A DNA stretch of 64,000 nucleotides from Vicugna vicugna (lineage: Eukaryota). Of the stretch, positions 51,971 to 64,000 are shown one piece after another. How positions within the stretch are numbered: the stretch's first letter is position 1; every line of letters begins with the position of its first letter. The translations under genes and the position numbers were made by a program. Below the pieces are notes generated by a model. The model had not been told where the DNA came from. It did not search any database and was given only the letters and a program-made list of their open reading frames with translations. The DNA lies in NCBI GenBank assembly GCA_013265495.1, contig MU058059.1:186001-250000 (forward strand), in the 5' to 3' direction.

Positions 51971-53126
51971 GGACTGAAGGAAAAATGGGTGGATTTTATT
52001 AGAATAAACTCAGAATTTGGGCAAGAAACAATGTTCTGGCAGGAACATATCAAAATGATAATCTCAAGTCATCACCAAAAAAATCCCAAGTGCCCAGATG
52101 GGCAGAGCAATTAGAAATGGTGATCCTTCTCTTTGACCTTGAAGGAAATAACTAGCGGCAATGACTAAACAGATTATGACTTAAGAGGTTCTGGAACCTC
52201 GTCAGCCACTGCTCTGTGAGTACAGAAAGTAAAGTGAAGGTCACTCTCTCCTTTCCTTGGTGTCTTTACCTAAGACAGCTTCTCACAGAGATTTTGGGCA
52301 AAATCCCAACAGAATTCTGGGTGCAAGGGGAGGTTCCTGATGATTTACTGTGTGGGTTGATTTGGTTCCCAAAATGAATAGTCAAAATGTGTTATTATTA
52401 AGAAAAAAATGTTTGAACACTGTCTCTCAAAGTAGTCCTATTTCTCACCAACTATCAATAGCTTAGGATACTGAATTTTGGCGTGGCTGAGGAGAGAGAG
52501 ATCACCAGTATTTGGGGCCCCAGATCTGGAAGCAATGACAGAGCAGAGTCTCAGTCTCGCAGGATCCAAAACAGCTTTTGACCCCAGGGAGAGCCTGGGT
52601 CTCAGGTGACATCCTCGCTCACTCTAACAGTCCTGAATTTTCAGAAACTATTTGCCCCCAAATATTCTGCTAGTTCATTAATCATCATTACAAGTGTTAA
52701 TGGTGATTTATTCAAGACTTGTTATTTTCTGATTAAGGAGGAAGGTCTGGGGCTTGGCAAGTTCTCTCAAGGGTTCAGAATTCATAAGCATCACATCACT
52801 TGATGGGGATTATTTCCCAGCCTGAGAGAGAAAGCATCTGTCCCAGGCTTGGGCCTTTGTTAAGGGAAGTAGAAACTTCAAAAGACCTTCCTGGAGACCA
52901 CCCACAATGAGCCAGAAGGGAGAAGACAAGGGACATAGGAATTAAGTCACATGGTACCACCAAGCAAGCATGTGGTCCAGGTTGCTGATCAAATGTCCCA
53001 GTTCAAGTACACTGGCCAGCAAAGGCCAGTGATAGCTGGATGAAGCGTGGAGGTCAATGTTTAAGAGCAAGGCAAAGGGTCAGTTATTGTAATATCGACT
53101 TAGCACACCCAACACACATTGAAGAT

Positions 53127-53430
53127 TTATTCCTTCACTCAAGGAACATTTAAAAATCACCTCCTTGTACTGGCACCAGGAGACACACAGACCAGTGTGT
53201 GTGGCAGGGAAGTGACAAATACGTAAACAAATAATTATAATATAAACCAAAGCCTATGTTTGACACACACAGGCCACCCAGGAGGAGAGCACAGAGAAAG
53301 ACTCTGTAGCCCAGCCTAGCAGGGGGGTGTGCGGTGTGGAGGGAGGCCAGAGGTGGCTTCATGAATAGATGCAGAGCAACTGACCGGACCAAAGGAAGGA
53401 ACATTCCCAGGCATGAGGGACAACAGGCTG
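53127..53430 (-). mobile_element. L2 fragment
   Basis: ttcactcaaggaacattta...aaacaaataattataata...ggcttcatga...aacattcccaggc. Confidence 0.65.
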
Positions 53431-56400
53431 GTCTCAAATTGTGTTGCTATGGATTAGACACACCCAAACAACGTTAGCCAAAACCCAGACGCTGTATCTG
53501 GCTGTGCAGAAATAGGGCTGGAATACTGGAGATTCAAGGGGAAGGACTGCAGGACCATGGACAGAGCCAGAGAAGCGTGGTGACCACAAGAAGGCAGAGC
53601 CGTGGACTCTAAACAAAGTTAACAATCCGAGGGCCTGAACTCTTATCACAGACAACACTGAGCAGCACTGAAGAAACTCGATTCCAGCTGACAAGAGAGT
53701 GAAAATAGATACAGAGTGACTTGTTCACTGCTTTTTATGTCTTGGTCTGGCGCCGCGAACTTGTCCCAAAGTCAGAGCGTGGAGCTGGGTCCACAGGAGG
53801 GTGACCCCACTTCTACAGGACCAGGGTGCCAGGAGCCACAGCAACAGGGAACCACAAAGGCCAAGGGACAAGGCAGCAGCAGACGACGAAAGAAGGGCAC
53901 AAGCCACAGTCAGTGAGACCTGATGAGTGAGGCAGTTTCCTGACCTAGTTCAGGCTTTCTCTTCAGTTTCCCGCGGTGGAGGAATCAATCCCCGCACAGC
54001 TGGGCTCATCAGGCTTCTAGCTGAGGGCGGGGAATCACACTAAAAAAATTAATAAAACCTACTGCAAAGATGGATACGGCCGATCTCTCTACCATTATTA
54101 AACACTTTGTCTCTGAGCTGACTTTGTACTGCCTTTAAGTGCACAGATTGCAGTAGAAATCTCTGCTGTGCACAAACTCAGTTGCTCACAATAACAAAGG
54201 GACGACTATGATCATCTCTCTCTAAAATACAAAGCTCATAAAAGCCCAGGGTTCACCTGTTAAACACCATGTGCAAAAACAAACTACTTGCAATAGCATA
54301 TTTTAAACCATCTCTATACCTATCTGATTTGATTATATAGTTGTTCAAATATATACACACTACACATGCCTAAAAATATTCACAGATAGTGTAAATACAC
54401 AGCATATTTATATGCGTCTATTAATTTGAGCTATGCATTTATACCTCTAAAAACACAGATGTCTATCTTTTTGGAAGATCCTTTTAAGGACACATAAGCA
54501 GCTTAAAGCCATAACATGTCTTTTTCCCTGACCTGCCACGAATCTGTTTTGCAGCCTCTCAGCGAGCAAGCCCGTTACTCTAACAGTGGTTACATATGGT
54601 GCTGAAACGTTTTTTTTAAGTCATAGAAACCCAAACACATAGATATCAAAGAAACGTTTCAAAGGCAACCTCTAAAAAAAGGATAAAACCTCTACAGACA
54701 GCTGTCCCGGATTAATGAAGTATTTTCCCCTCAAGGGAAAATGGGAAGCTCCTACAAGACACAGCAAGAGGTAAGTGTAACAGTATGTCCAGAAGATGGA
54801 TTTTCTTCACGTGATTTTTCTGTACATTTATAGCAGTGGCCTCTTGGCTCCCCTTTAAAGATGAAGATCTGCATAATAATATGTTGGTATTCCTAGTCAT
54901 TTGACCCAGAATACTGAAATACCAGCTGAAATGTCTAGGAACAATTATATCATTTCAGAAAAGGAACTAGAAAGAGTTCTCTGAGTTGAAAATATACAGG
55001 TGGAAGTTCTGATCATCAATACGGGATACCAGGTTTGCTCAAAGTTGTTCAAAACTCATGCACCCACCCTCATACACTCTGTGCAAAGCAGGATGTGGTA
55101 GTGTGGAGCTCAGAACACAGATCTGTAGTCACTAGGACATTTTCAAAAGAATAGATTTTGTCCAAAAGGGAAGAAAAACACTTAATTGCTTCTTACTGAT
55201 CTTCTAGGATGCTGACTATTGACACGCTTCTTGTAATTGTTAGTCAAATTTTACTGCAAAAATGGTGGGGTAAAGAAACGCAACAGGCAAAAGGGAGCTG
55301 GAAAAGGAGGTAAAAGCAAGATCTCGGATTCACGAAATGATAGTAGAGGAAACACGTGGAAGCATTTATTTGGCTTTTTCATTGATGAAAAAATGCCAAC
55401 TGATGTCAAGGAGCAGAATCGGTATCACTCCATTAGTGTTCTCATCAGCAAACAAGCTGATAATGGTTCTGGAGAACAAAAATGTATTATCTGAAAAGCG
55501 TAATTGAGCACAATTTTGAGGATCACATACTTGCTATAAAACAGAAAAACAAATATTAAAATACTATTTTATTGCTAATTTCTCTCCAAACATAAGAGTA
55601 AACTAAGACCTCAAAAATTAAGACTAGAAAAGGCTTTTAAAGATATTAATTCCAGGTCTGGCACAAGCTGGGGTTAAGTTTTCAATGTAATTTACTGGCT
55701 TGTTGACTTAAATCATCTAAAGAAACACATCTAGAAAATTTATTTGACATGGCTCAAGACTGTATAAAATAAGTTCAAGCCTCAAAAGAAATCATCACGC
55801 AACAGGTCACCGTGGGACCAAGCTGCTTCAGAAGCAGCGCGAGCCGGAGAGGAACCTTATTTTGAATGGGAATTGTTCTCCTTCGTTAGCTACACAGTAC
55901 CCGCCCCAGACCACCACTGGTGTCCCCACAACCACGGCATTCTCGGTCACTAGAGGCAGTTAGGTATCTCCTGGAACTGCGATTTCACACATGAAAAAGT
56001 AATTATGCCCCCTTATGTCATAACCATTTATGTCACTTTCTAAATGCTTTACCATCTCGTGTGATTCAAATGAGCAGAGAGGAGGGAAGGAAGGTATGAT
56101 AGGTGGGAACAAGAGAAATGGCTGAGTCCTTGCAAACATAAGCAGGTCCTACAAAGGTAATCCTGCTGCGGAGAAAGACGGAAACAGAGCATCTGGTCAA
56201 TGGAAATCCCAGGTAATTCACAAAAGCTCTGTGACCAGGCAAATCTGCTAAAATGGAGGGCAAAATATATGCCCAAGGTTGACAATGATGCCAGAAACAA
56301 ATGCAAGAGCTCCAGACCCTGAATGTGCCATTTTTGAGCCACAGAAGATGATGTCACTCCAGTGACCCCACTAAACTGCTAACTGGAGGTGAAAACTGAA

Positions 56401-57764
56401 AATGAAGCCTTGTTTTTGCCCTTAGTTTTCCCCAAACACCTGCAGATTTTCCATCTAAAGGTTATGCTCGGTATGCCAGAATAAATTAAGGCTCCATTCA
56501 GAACAATTAAAGCGCCTACAGCATCTGCAGAAGTTTCCTGGCCCGGCAGGAAAGAGGAGGGAGAGGCATTTGCTGTCAAAGGCCGTCCTTCAGCACAGTT
56601 GTGCTTTCCAAACCTAACTAGTAAGATCACACCAGAAGGGCCACAGAAATGTGCGTGCATGCAGCTGACCGGAAGAGCACCGCTTCTAGTACATGACGCC
56701 TCAGCTGTTCGTCTCTGTACGGGCTATAAAAATCGTACTAGGCCACACTGGGCAACTCTTCTCCTTTTCCCTACTCATGAAGAAGAAGGGGGGAAATAGT
56801 GGCGCATCCTGGAATGAGAGTTGTCAGGTACGCTGGCCCATCACCCTCACAGGCCAGTCCGTATCCTCAGAGACACACCGCTCTGCATGACCACGAGGAT
56901 GCGGCAGGCTTCCCTGAGACACCTGGCTTACAGGAAGAGGGGTGGGGGGAGGTCAACGGGAGGACGTGGGCTGTGCGGACTGCCTCTGACCACTCCGCCT
57001 GATGAACATTCTGCCCGATGCCAACTTTGGCACTGGCTTAACAAGGAGTGTTAGGACTACAGAGCTCAGTCTACAGCAATTCCATGAACAGATGTGATTC
57101 CTTAAGCAAATCATCTCTTTCTGAAATAGTGACTGGAAGGAATGATGTAAGAAGCTAGAAAGTCATGTTTCAAAGTGTTTTGACCACCAGGTAAATAATT
57201 ATTTCCAACAATGAATGACACAGCATCACCAGGACCACCCTGAATTACTCATCACATATCTGAACAGACGTCCTGCACACAGTCCAGAGGGTGCTGACCA
57301 GATGCATCACCGTATCTGCTTGAGAAAGCTTAATCACAGTTGTTCAGCTGCCTTTCTAGCAGGTCCACTCACTCACCCCCACTGGGATTTCAACTATTAG
57401 CGTCCACTTGATTTCATTACAAGCATGGCAGGCACCTTCCCTCCCTGCTGGTCTTTCCGGTGGCCCTTAATTTCCATGAAACCTCAAAACCTTTCTCAGT
57501 TACATAGACAGACGATTGTTTTGTATTTCCCAAATTTTCTGAGTAAATTTCAGAGGCATCACTGATACAAATACACCCACATCACCACCCATGAAGAAGG
57601 AAAGGGACCTACGTACACAGACAGCACCTGGAATAATGATTATTCAATAAAGATCAGTTAACAAGTGAATGAGTAAATGGTATCAGCAAAACTGGGTCAA
57701 GATCCCAATGACATCTGAATGTGCATTAACCTCTAATCATTTCAACACTTATAATTTCCGGACA

Positions 57765-58155
57765 TTCCTTTATTTGGTATTTATTTATTGAGCACCTACT
57801 TGATGAGAAACTAGAAAGAGTTGTGAACAAGACAGTTTCTGTCCTTGACTTTGTGAAGTTTACATTCCAACAGAAAGGGCTGGGACAACCCTTGCACACA
57901 TGCACACACACACACACACGCAACATACACAATACGTATGTGGGCAACGGGCTGACTGCAAATTGTGATGAGTGTCACCAAAGTCAATAAAAAAGGAGTA
58001 GAAGGGGACATGAAAGAGTGGTCAGGGAAGGCTACCTGGAGAAGATGACATTTTAACAGAGACCTTAAGGAGGCCACTGGACGCAGGAAAAAGACCAGGG
58101 AGTGTGTGGGCAGGAGGTGTAGCAGAAAGGGGCCTTTGGCAAAACCTGTAGGGAA
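57765..58155 (-). mobile_element. L2 fragment with (CA)n
   Basis: tatttattgagcacctact...gtgaacaagacag...gtggtcagggaaggct...gatgacattt...agagacct. Confidence 0.8.
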
Positions 58156-58764
58156 ACTGTCCACCTCGGTTAGTTGCGGAGGATCTGAGAAAGGCGGCGA
58201 GAGGGCAGGGACCCCGTGGAGAAGGATTTACTGAAGGAGGGACTATTTATATCCGATTCCATTAAAAAATCATAGTTACAAACATATGTGATACTAATAA
58301 ACTGTGTCTTTGAATGATTATAAACATTACTATGTCTTTTTCTGGAAATACATTCTGGAACATTGTTTGTATCTCAGGGCAACCGTCAACCTTCAGGTAT
58401 CGCACAGAAAGACTAGCACTGCGCCCAGTTCATCAGCTTCAGGAAAAAGTGAGAGAGAGACTATTACTTATCAGACATGATGGGAAGAAAGTCAAACCAT
58501 CTGTAGGCTCTTTGTGCTTCTGTTGGCTAGCCTGTCACTATCATTTTACTCCACATGACAAATGAAAGAAGAAATAACGAGACTTCAAAATAAAATGTAT
58601 ACCGAGGTGCAATACTTTAGGAAAAGAGTGGCAAGTTTCTCCTCCAAGGGCCAGATGGAGGCCTGGGAAAGCCTCCAGACAGAGTGACAAGCGACCCTGC
58701 TGGACTGGACTGACTAATATTTTCCTGGCCATGGGCCTTTACAAAGTCATGTCCTACTAGAGTC

Positions 58765-58912
58765 AACACCTTGAAGTAACCTATACTGAAAAGAACAGGA
58801 AAAGGAATACATGTATGTGTATGTATGACTGAAACATTACATGGTACACCAGAAACTGACACATTGTAACTGACACACTGTAACTGACTATATTTCAAAT
58901 TTATAAAAATAT
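58765..58912 (+). mobile_element. Short L1 3'UTR end with an internal 14-bp duplication
   Basis: tatgactgaaacatta...tacaccagaaactgacacattgtaactgacacactgtaactgactata. Confidence 0.8.
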
Positions 58913-59494
58913 ACAAAGATTCCTTAACTGCTTCGATCGACTCTGTATAAATGCTAGAGGGATATTTATCCAATTGTCTTACTTTTTAGATGTGTGTGAG
59001 CACTTCTGGCATTAAGTTGAAAGTTGGCACAGATGACCCCAAAGTTCCTGGACAACTCTAAAATTCTCTGATTTCCAAATTTAAATTATAATACAATTAC
59101 TAATATGTGGCAGAATTTCAAAAGCAGTTGAAATAGTGTTTGATGACTTCTTTCTCTTGGCTTAACATTTTTGCCATTTCTAGAATGTTAATTCCTGAAG
59201 CTTGGCAGCTTGAACCATAATTGACTATTTCCTGGTCACTCTGCAACTGCTTTCTTTTAATTGAGGACGGATCGGTACAGCATGTAAAATTTGAAAACGA
59301 GAAACGGATGCTTTAGATAAATCTTTTCTTTTTCACTGAAATAAGTCTACCACCAGCTAAATAATAATCCTACTTTTATACGTCAGTCAGTGAACACCCT
59401 CGGCCAGACCTCATACAACCATTAAGAACACATTCACTGACCACCTACTACAGCCTGCGATCAAGACTGATGTATTCTAGGGTATGTAAACACT

Positions 59495-59683
59495 TTATTA
59501 GCAATATTTAAAAATTAAGGTATATACATTTTTTTCCAGACATAATGCCATTGTCCACTTAATAGACTACACTACAGTGTAATCATAACTTCTGTGTGCA
59601 CTCTTGTGGTCACTTTCCTACGGTATCTTCTTTATTGTGGTAGTTTGGAACCAAACCCTCAGTAGCTCTGAGGTCTGCCCATA
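59495..59683 (+). mobile_element. Tigger1 (TcMar) 3' end with degenerate TIR
   Basis: aattaaggtatatacatt...agacataatgccattgtccacttaatagactac...tttattgtggtagtttggaaccaaaccc...ctgaggtctgcc. Confidence 0.85.
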
Positions 59684-60444
59684 ACATAAGATGAAGACCT
59701 GTTACCGTAAGTAAATCACGTACTTTCATTTGATTTGTGCAATCCACTTCATATTAAGAGGTATTTTGAGGGATACAACAGCATGGAAAAGATCATTCTT
59801 GTTATCTAGGAGTTTAAACTTTTTAAATAAAATACAATCTTTAAGCAGAAGGAGGTAAATGATGTACTCATGACACATTTATTGAGGACTGACTAGGTCT
59901 CAGGCACTGGTGACACAAAGATGATGTGGCTATAATCTGGTGAGGTAAGGTGCATGAACGCTGGGAGCCTTCCTCCCCACCTTTGAGATGGAATTAGAAA
60001 CACCTCAACAAGATTTTGTGAAAATCAAACGTGAATCACCACAGTCATCTGAAATAACAGGGTCTCAACATCCTAAGAGCTTTGAGTAGACGGTATAAAA
60101 TACAGAAGAGAGACATACTCCTCCAGGAAGGTGACACCGGAGGAATGTCTAGAATTGTGAGGCAGAGAAATTCAGTAAGAACATCTCATACAGAGACGAC
60201 AGGAGATGCCACTCAGTCAGGGCTCATACAGGCGACAGTTCATCCCCCAGGTTCAAATCCCTCTAACCCACTCACCAACCGATCATGTTCTCCTCATCTC
60301 CTGCTTCAACACCTTAAATCAGCTTTTGTCCACTGGGTGAGATCCACGGGCTCTTGCAGAATCGAACCCCAGTTTACCCAGCTGTACTTCCTGGCGCCTG
60401 GTCGCCATCATCTCTTTTACACGTGGCCACAGAAGACACATGCG

Positions 60445-60660
60445 CCAACGGTGAAGGGCTCACGTTTTGGAGTCAGACAGACTTTTCTACTTAGTTACTG
60501 TGACCTTGTGGGAGTTATTCAAACTTTCTAAAGATCCATTTTCTCACTTGCAAAGGAGGAGTAACACTAGCACCTACTGTTTAAAACCGGTTAGAGGAAT
60601 CCAGTGAAACAGCACGCTCCACGTAGTGCCTGGTACGTAGGGACTCGACGAACACTATTA
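60445..60660 (+). mobile_element. MIR SINE
   Basis: ttttggagtcagacagac...tgtgaccttg...ttttctcacttgcaaa...gtagtgcctggtacgtag. Confidence 0.75.
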
Positions 60661-61177
60661 GAAGGATATCAGAAATGGTATTTGGAGCTTAATCTAAGGA
60701 CAGCGTGCAAAATGGAATTTTGGAAGGAGGTCAGCGTGAGGCACAAACATTGATAATGGTGCTACGGCCGCCGCTGGGGTGTGAGGCAGACTGGTGATTG
60801 TGGAGGGGATGTTAGGAAGGGAAGGACTTGACAAAACAACTGAGGAAAAACAACCAGGAGCTAGGGCTGGGCTGGGCTAAGCAGGCGTGGAGTAAGGGAA
60901 GAGTCAAAGATGACCCCAAGATTTTGACACTGAGCTCATGGTGGTCCTATTTTTTTTTTTAATGGAGAAATCAGTGAGACGGGCTGACTGAATTTATAAC
61001 TTCACAACTTATAACTATACCAGCTTAAAAACAGACGCCACATTGCACAGAAATGGCTAAATTTCAAATTAGGACATGACCGCATTAACTACATTCGCTA
61101 GTCTGAATCCTGGAATGGACTCTTCAGCCTTTGTGATGAAAACCATCACCACTGTCCTGGTTCTCCTTGCATCCTTC

Positions 61178-61618
61178 TGACAAAGACTCTCCCTGACTAA
61201 GAAGCCAGGCTCCCCTGAGCCTCGAGCCTTCCTCTTAGGTTCAGTGCCCATCACCCAGTCACAGCAAGCATCTTGGTAAGTCTGTTAGACGGAGCCCCCG
61301 CCCTCTGTAACTAGGCCCCCTGATACCTGGTCAGATTCCTCACCTTCCAGCCCTGGTACCTGATCGCCTGGTCTGCCTGCAGCGAGAGTCCTGCTAGGTC
61401 TGCGTAACCACAGTCTTCTCTCACTCGTAACGTTTCCGCTTAGAAATTTCCATCCACCGTCTCCCACCTGCTCCTTGGCCATAAATCCCTACTTGTCCAT
61501 GTTTTATTTGAAAGTGAAACCAGTTCTCTGCTGAGGTCTGTTCCTCCAAATTGCAATAGCACTGAATAAAACCTGTTTTGAACTGCTTTACCCACTGTCT
61601 AGCTCTGATTATTTTCAA
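61178..61618 (+). mobile_element. MER31-like ERV1 solo LTR with 4-bp TSD (cttc)
   Basis: tgacaaagactct...ctgctccttggccataaatccctacttgtccatg...ttgcaatagcactgaataaaacctg; cttc at 61174-61177 and 61619-61622. Confidence 0.88.
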
Positions 61619-62554
61619 CTTCCCAGCTAATTCCTCCTCTTCTCCTCCCTCTGAAATGAGGGCCCACCCTGGAGTTCCATCCATAATTCTATTCTTTTTC
61701 TGTAAACTGTCTCCCTGGGATGGGAGGCTGGGGGTCAGTGTTCATCTTATTGTAAAAATCCTATTGGAATTCAGGCCTCCAGTTTACCTGCCTTAGACAC
61801 TTTCCTTCATATTCTAACTATGCATAATTTCCCACACCTAGAAACAGGTTCAAGTGAAAAATCATGACCATAAAATTATCAGGAAAGAAGTCATTTATAG
61901 GTAAGGAAGAGAAATTATTCAAGCTTTTAATACAACACACGTGTTATTTTACCGGTAACTTCCCTTAAATAAAAACAGATCAAAATATATGAAACCATCC
62001 ATGTGTCCCCCATGAAATATTTTATCTGTAACATTTAGAGTTTCCTGATCCCCAAAGGAGATTAAAATACATGCTTAATTAAGTCCCACTATACGTTTCA
62101 GTTTGAAACATTTGAGTTTCTTGTTACTTAAGACCCAGGAAGTCTTTGATTAGGAAAGCTGCCTTGCCAGGAAATGGATTTTTTTTCCTAGGGGACATAA
62201 TTAAAGAGGGCAATACTGCTGAGAGCTGTGCGTGCCAGGGGCCATACACTGTATTTGTCAACAAACACAGTACTTCCTGGTGAGGACAGAGCATCTCAGC
62301 TGCTCTACCCGGGATCTTCCCTGAGTGGATTACAGGCCACACCAACAGCACGCCACCACTAATGGCCAAATGCAGAAAACCAAAGCAGACTACAGCCGGG
62401 AACTGAATGGTGTGGCCAGAAACCCAAAGGCATTAGAAGATAACAGAACAGAAGGTCTGAGCCCCACCCCCTGACTGTCATCAACCGACCAGGCGGCACT
62501 GATGCATTAGGTGGGTGACACGGAACTTCATTCAACAAATTCATTCACATTTAC

Positions 62555-62768
62555 CAAAGGTGGTGGTGGGAAGAGATTTCATCGATGACTCCATGTTTCC
62601 AACTGAGCAATGAGGTGTGTGGGTCATGGTGACATAGATGAGGACAGAGAACAGCGGAGGAGCGAGGAGCAGGTGGGAGGGGGCGTTTATGGGTTTGGTG
62701 TTGGAAACAATGAGTTTGACGGGTCCGTGAAACACCAGCCGATGTCCTCCTATTTCATACACAGGAAC
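62555..62768 (-). CDS. Candidate internal coding exon A (phase 0->1) of an unidentified large-intron gene: VPVYEIGGHRLVFHGPVKLIVSNTKPINAPSHLLLAPPLFSVLIYVTMTHTPHCSVGNMESSMKSLPTTTF
   Basis: Acceptor gatcctgtttag|GTT and donor TTTG|gtaaat; 214 nt; only one open frame from the acceptor; many C/G-ending codons; not repeat-like. Protein not recognised. Confidence 0.55.
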
Positions 62769-63064
62769 CTAAACAGGATCAATAATGCAGGGCTGGATTA
62801 TCAAAGGGAATCAATTCAAACTGTATCGTTCTTGCTTTGCTTTTGAAACATTTAGCAAATATTTATATTTACTTTAATTAATGCTTTGAGTTTCCTTCTA
62901 AATCTAGTGCCACAAGCACTCCAGCTGGTTCACCTCAGGTTGGCCCCATTCCTTGCTTTCAAATATAATCTTAAAGACTGCATAATCCTAGCCCTCTTTT
63001 CCTGATATCTAACTTTAAATTACCTGTTCCGGACCAGCTCTGTGCTCTTCACCTGTATGACAAT

Positions 63065-63511
63065 TAGTAAGGACAGAGAACGCCAGAGTCAGCCCGCTGT
63101 CTGGGTTTGTGCCTTTCTCTGCCACGTCCTAGCTGTGTTCTTTGGCAAACTTGTTAGTTGATTCACATTTCAGTTTCTTCATCTGTGAAATGGAGAGTCC
63201 ATAGATTTTGGTCTTGATTTATGGCTCAGTATATATTTAAATATTATACATGCACTGAAGAGCAATTAGTATTTCCCAACTTTTGAATAAAAGAGTCCAC
63301 TGATAGTGATTAAATGAAATTTCTTAGTGTACGTTCATATCTTCTATGTCTTCAGTGAGTTTTCTGTGAGTTTCCTCTATCAAAAATAGCTTGAAATCTG
63401 TTACTATGATGGTGGATTTGGTCATTTCTCTCTGAAGTTATATAAAATGTCCTCATAGGCTATAGTAAAGATTGAGTGAGGCAACTTGGGTAAAGTGCTT
63501 AAAACAATACT
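63065..63511 (+). mobile_element. MIR split by an antisense L1 endonuclease-region fragment (~63205-63445)
   Basis: MIR core cagtttcttcatctgtgaaatgg ends ~63200 and resumes at cctcatagg...gattgagtgag...gtaaagtgcttaaaaca. Confidence 0.7.
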
Positions 63512-64000
63512 TGGAGGGTTTCAGAACACATCACCCCAAAATGTGCCACTTCGGCAGAAGAGTTATTTAGAGCCAAAGGCACTTGAAAAATAATGGATGA
63601 AAGTAGAACATCGTGTTCTGAACTCCCCTTGGCTTCCTAAAAGCAGGAGATAAAACCCCACGTGAAAGTCGCCCTCCCTGTCCCAGGAGGAAAGAAACAT
63701 CCTTATCACCCGAGGCAGGGAGTGGAGGGTGAGAGAATTCTGTACAAATAGACCTTGAAAAATAACTCACCTTCCTTTAGCCTACCTGTGTGTTTTAGTT
63801 ACATTTCCACAAATCCCATCTCTTTGTTCAACCTAATATATAAAGACCCAAAGAAGCAGGAAAACCTAAGTGTTTATTTCCTTATGAAGACCCACCCCCA
63901 TGTCATGTAAAATTGATTTTTCTCCTGCTGATTTATCTTATGTCAATTTAATTCTCAGGCTCAACCTAAGACCCTAAGAGGGTAGATTAAAATTCTATCT
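63512..64000 (+). mobile_element. MER34-family ERV1 LTR, running to the window edge
   Basis: tggagggtttcagaacacatcaccccaaaatgtgccacttcggcagaag...cctaaaagcaggagataaa... Confidence 0.85.

Noticed and set aside
60082..60531. 149-aa plus-strand ORF
   Set aside because: Non-ATG start, overlaps MIR fragments and shows no coding-like features.
9608..62768. Gene-symbol guesses (for example PKHD1, PKD1L1, OFCC1, CATSPER subunits, TDRD family)
   Set aside because: No convincing match to sequences I recall; assigning a symbol would be invention.
62610..62846. Plus-strand 78-aa ORF
   Set aside because: Antisense shadow of candidate exon A; the splice signals favour the minus strand.
1..64000. CRISPR arrays, operons or prokaryotic-type defence systems
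   Set aside because: Mammalian repeat-rich DNA with no repeat-spacer periodicity and no gene-dense ORF clusters.

Overview
Mammalian genomic DNA, most likely a camelid. This is inferred from tRNA-derived SINEs of the GGGGAGGGTATAGCTCAGTGGTAGAG...CTTAGCATGC...GGTTCAATCCCCAGTACCTCCA type (recalled as the vic-1 family) and from artiodactyl-type L1 3' ends. The window is mostly intronic or intergenic and rich in repeats: L1 of several ages, L2, MIR, MLT1, MER31, MER34, MER91, MER5 and Tigger1. Nearly all ORFs in the supplied track are spurious or repeat-derived. By eye I find three minus-strand exon candidates (62555-62768, 24005-24077, 9608-9820) with canonical splice sites and intron phases that chain into one open ~167-aa frame. 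I do not recognise the protein and give no gene symbol. The clearest mechanistic oddities are a SINE that appears to carry a 3' transduction ending at a Pol III-type T8 terminator (38811-39020), a twin-primed inverted L1 (7361-7721), a nested L1 stack (40990-45650) and an unassigned solo LTR inside an L1 (13248-13662). Repeat family names come from recalled consensus sequences, not database searches, and repeat boundaries are approximate. I see no rRNA, true tRNA or CRISPR array, and no clearly novel biological system.
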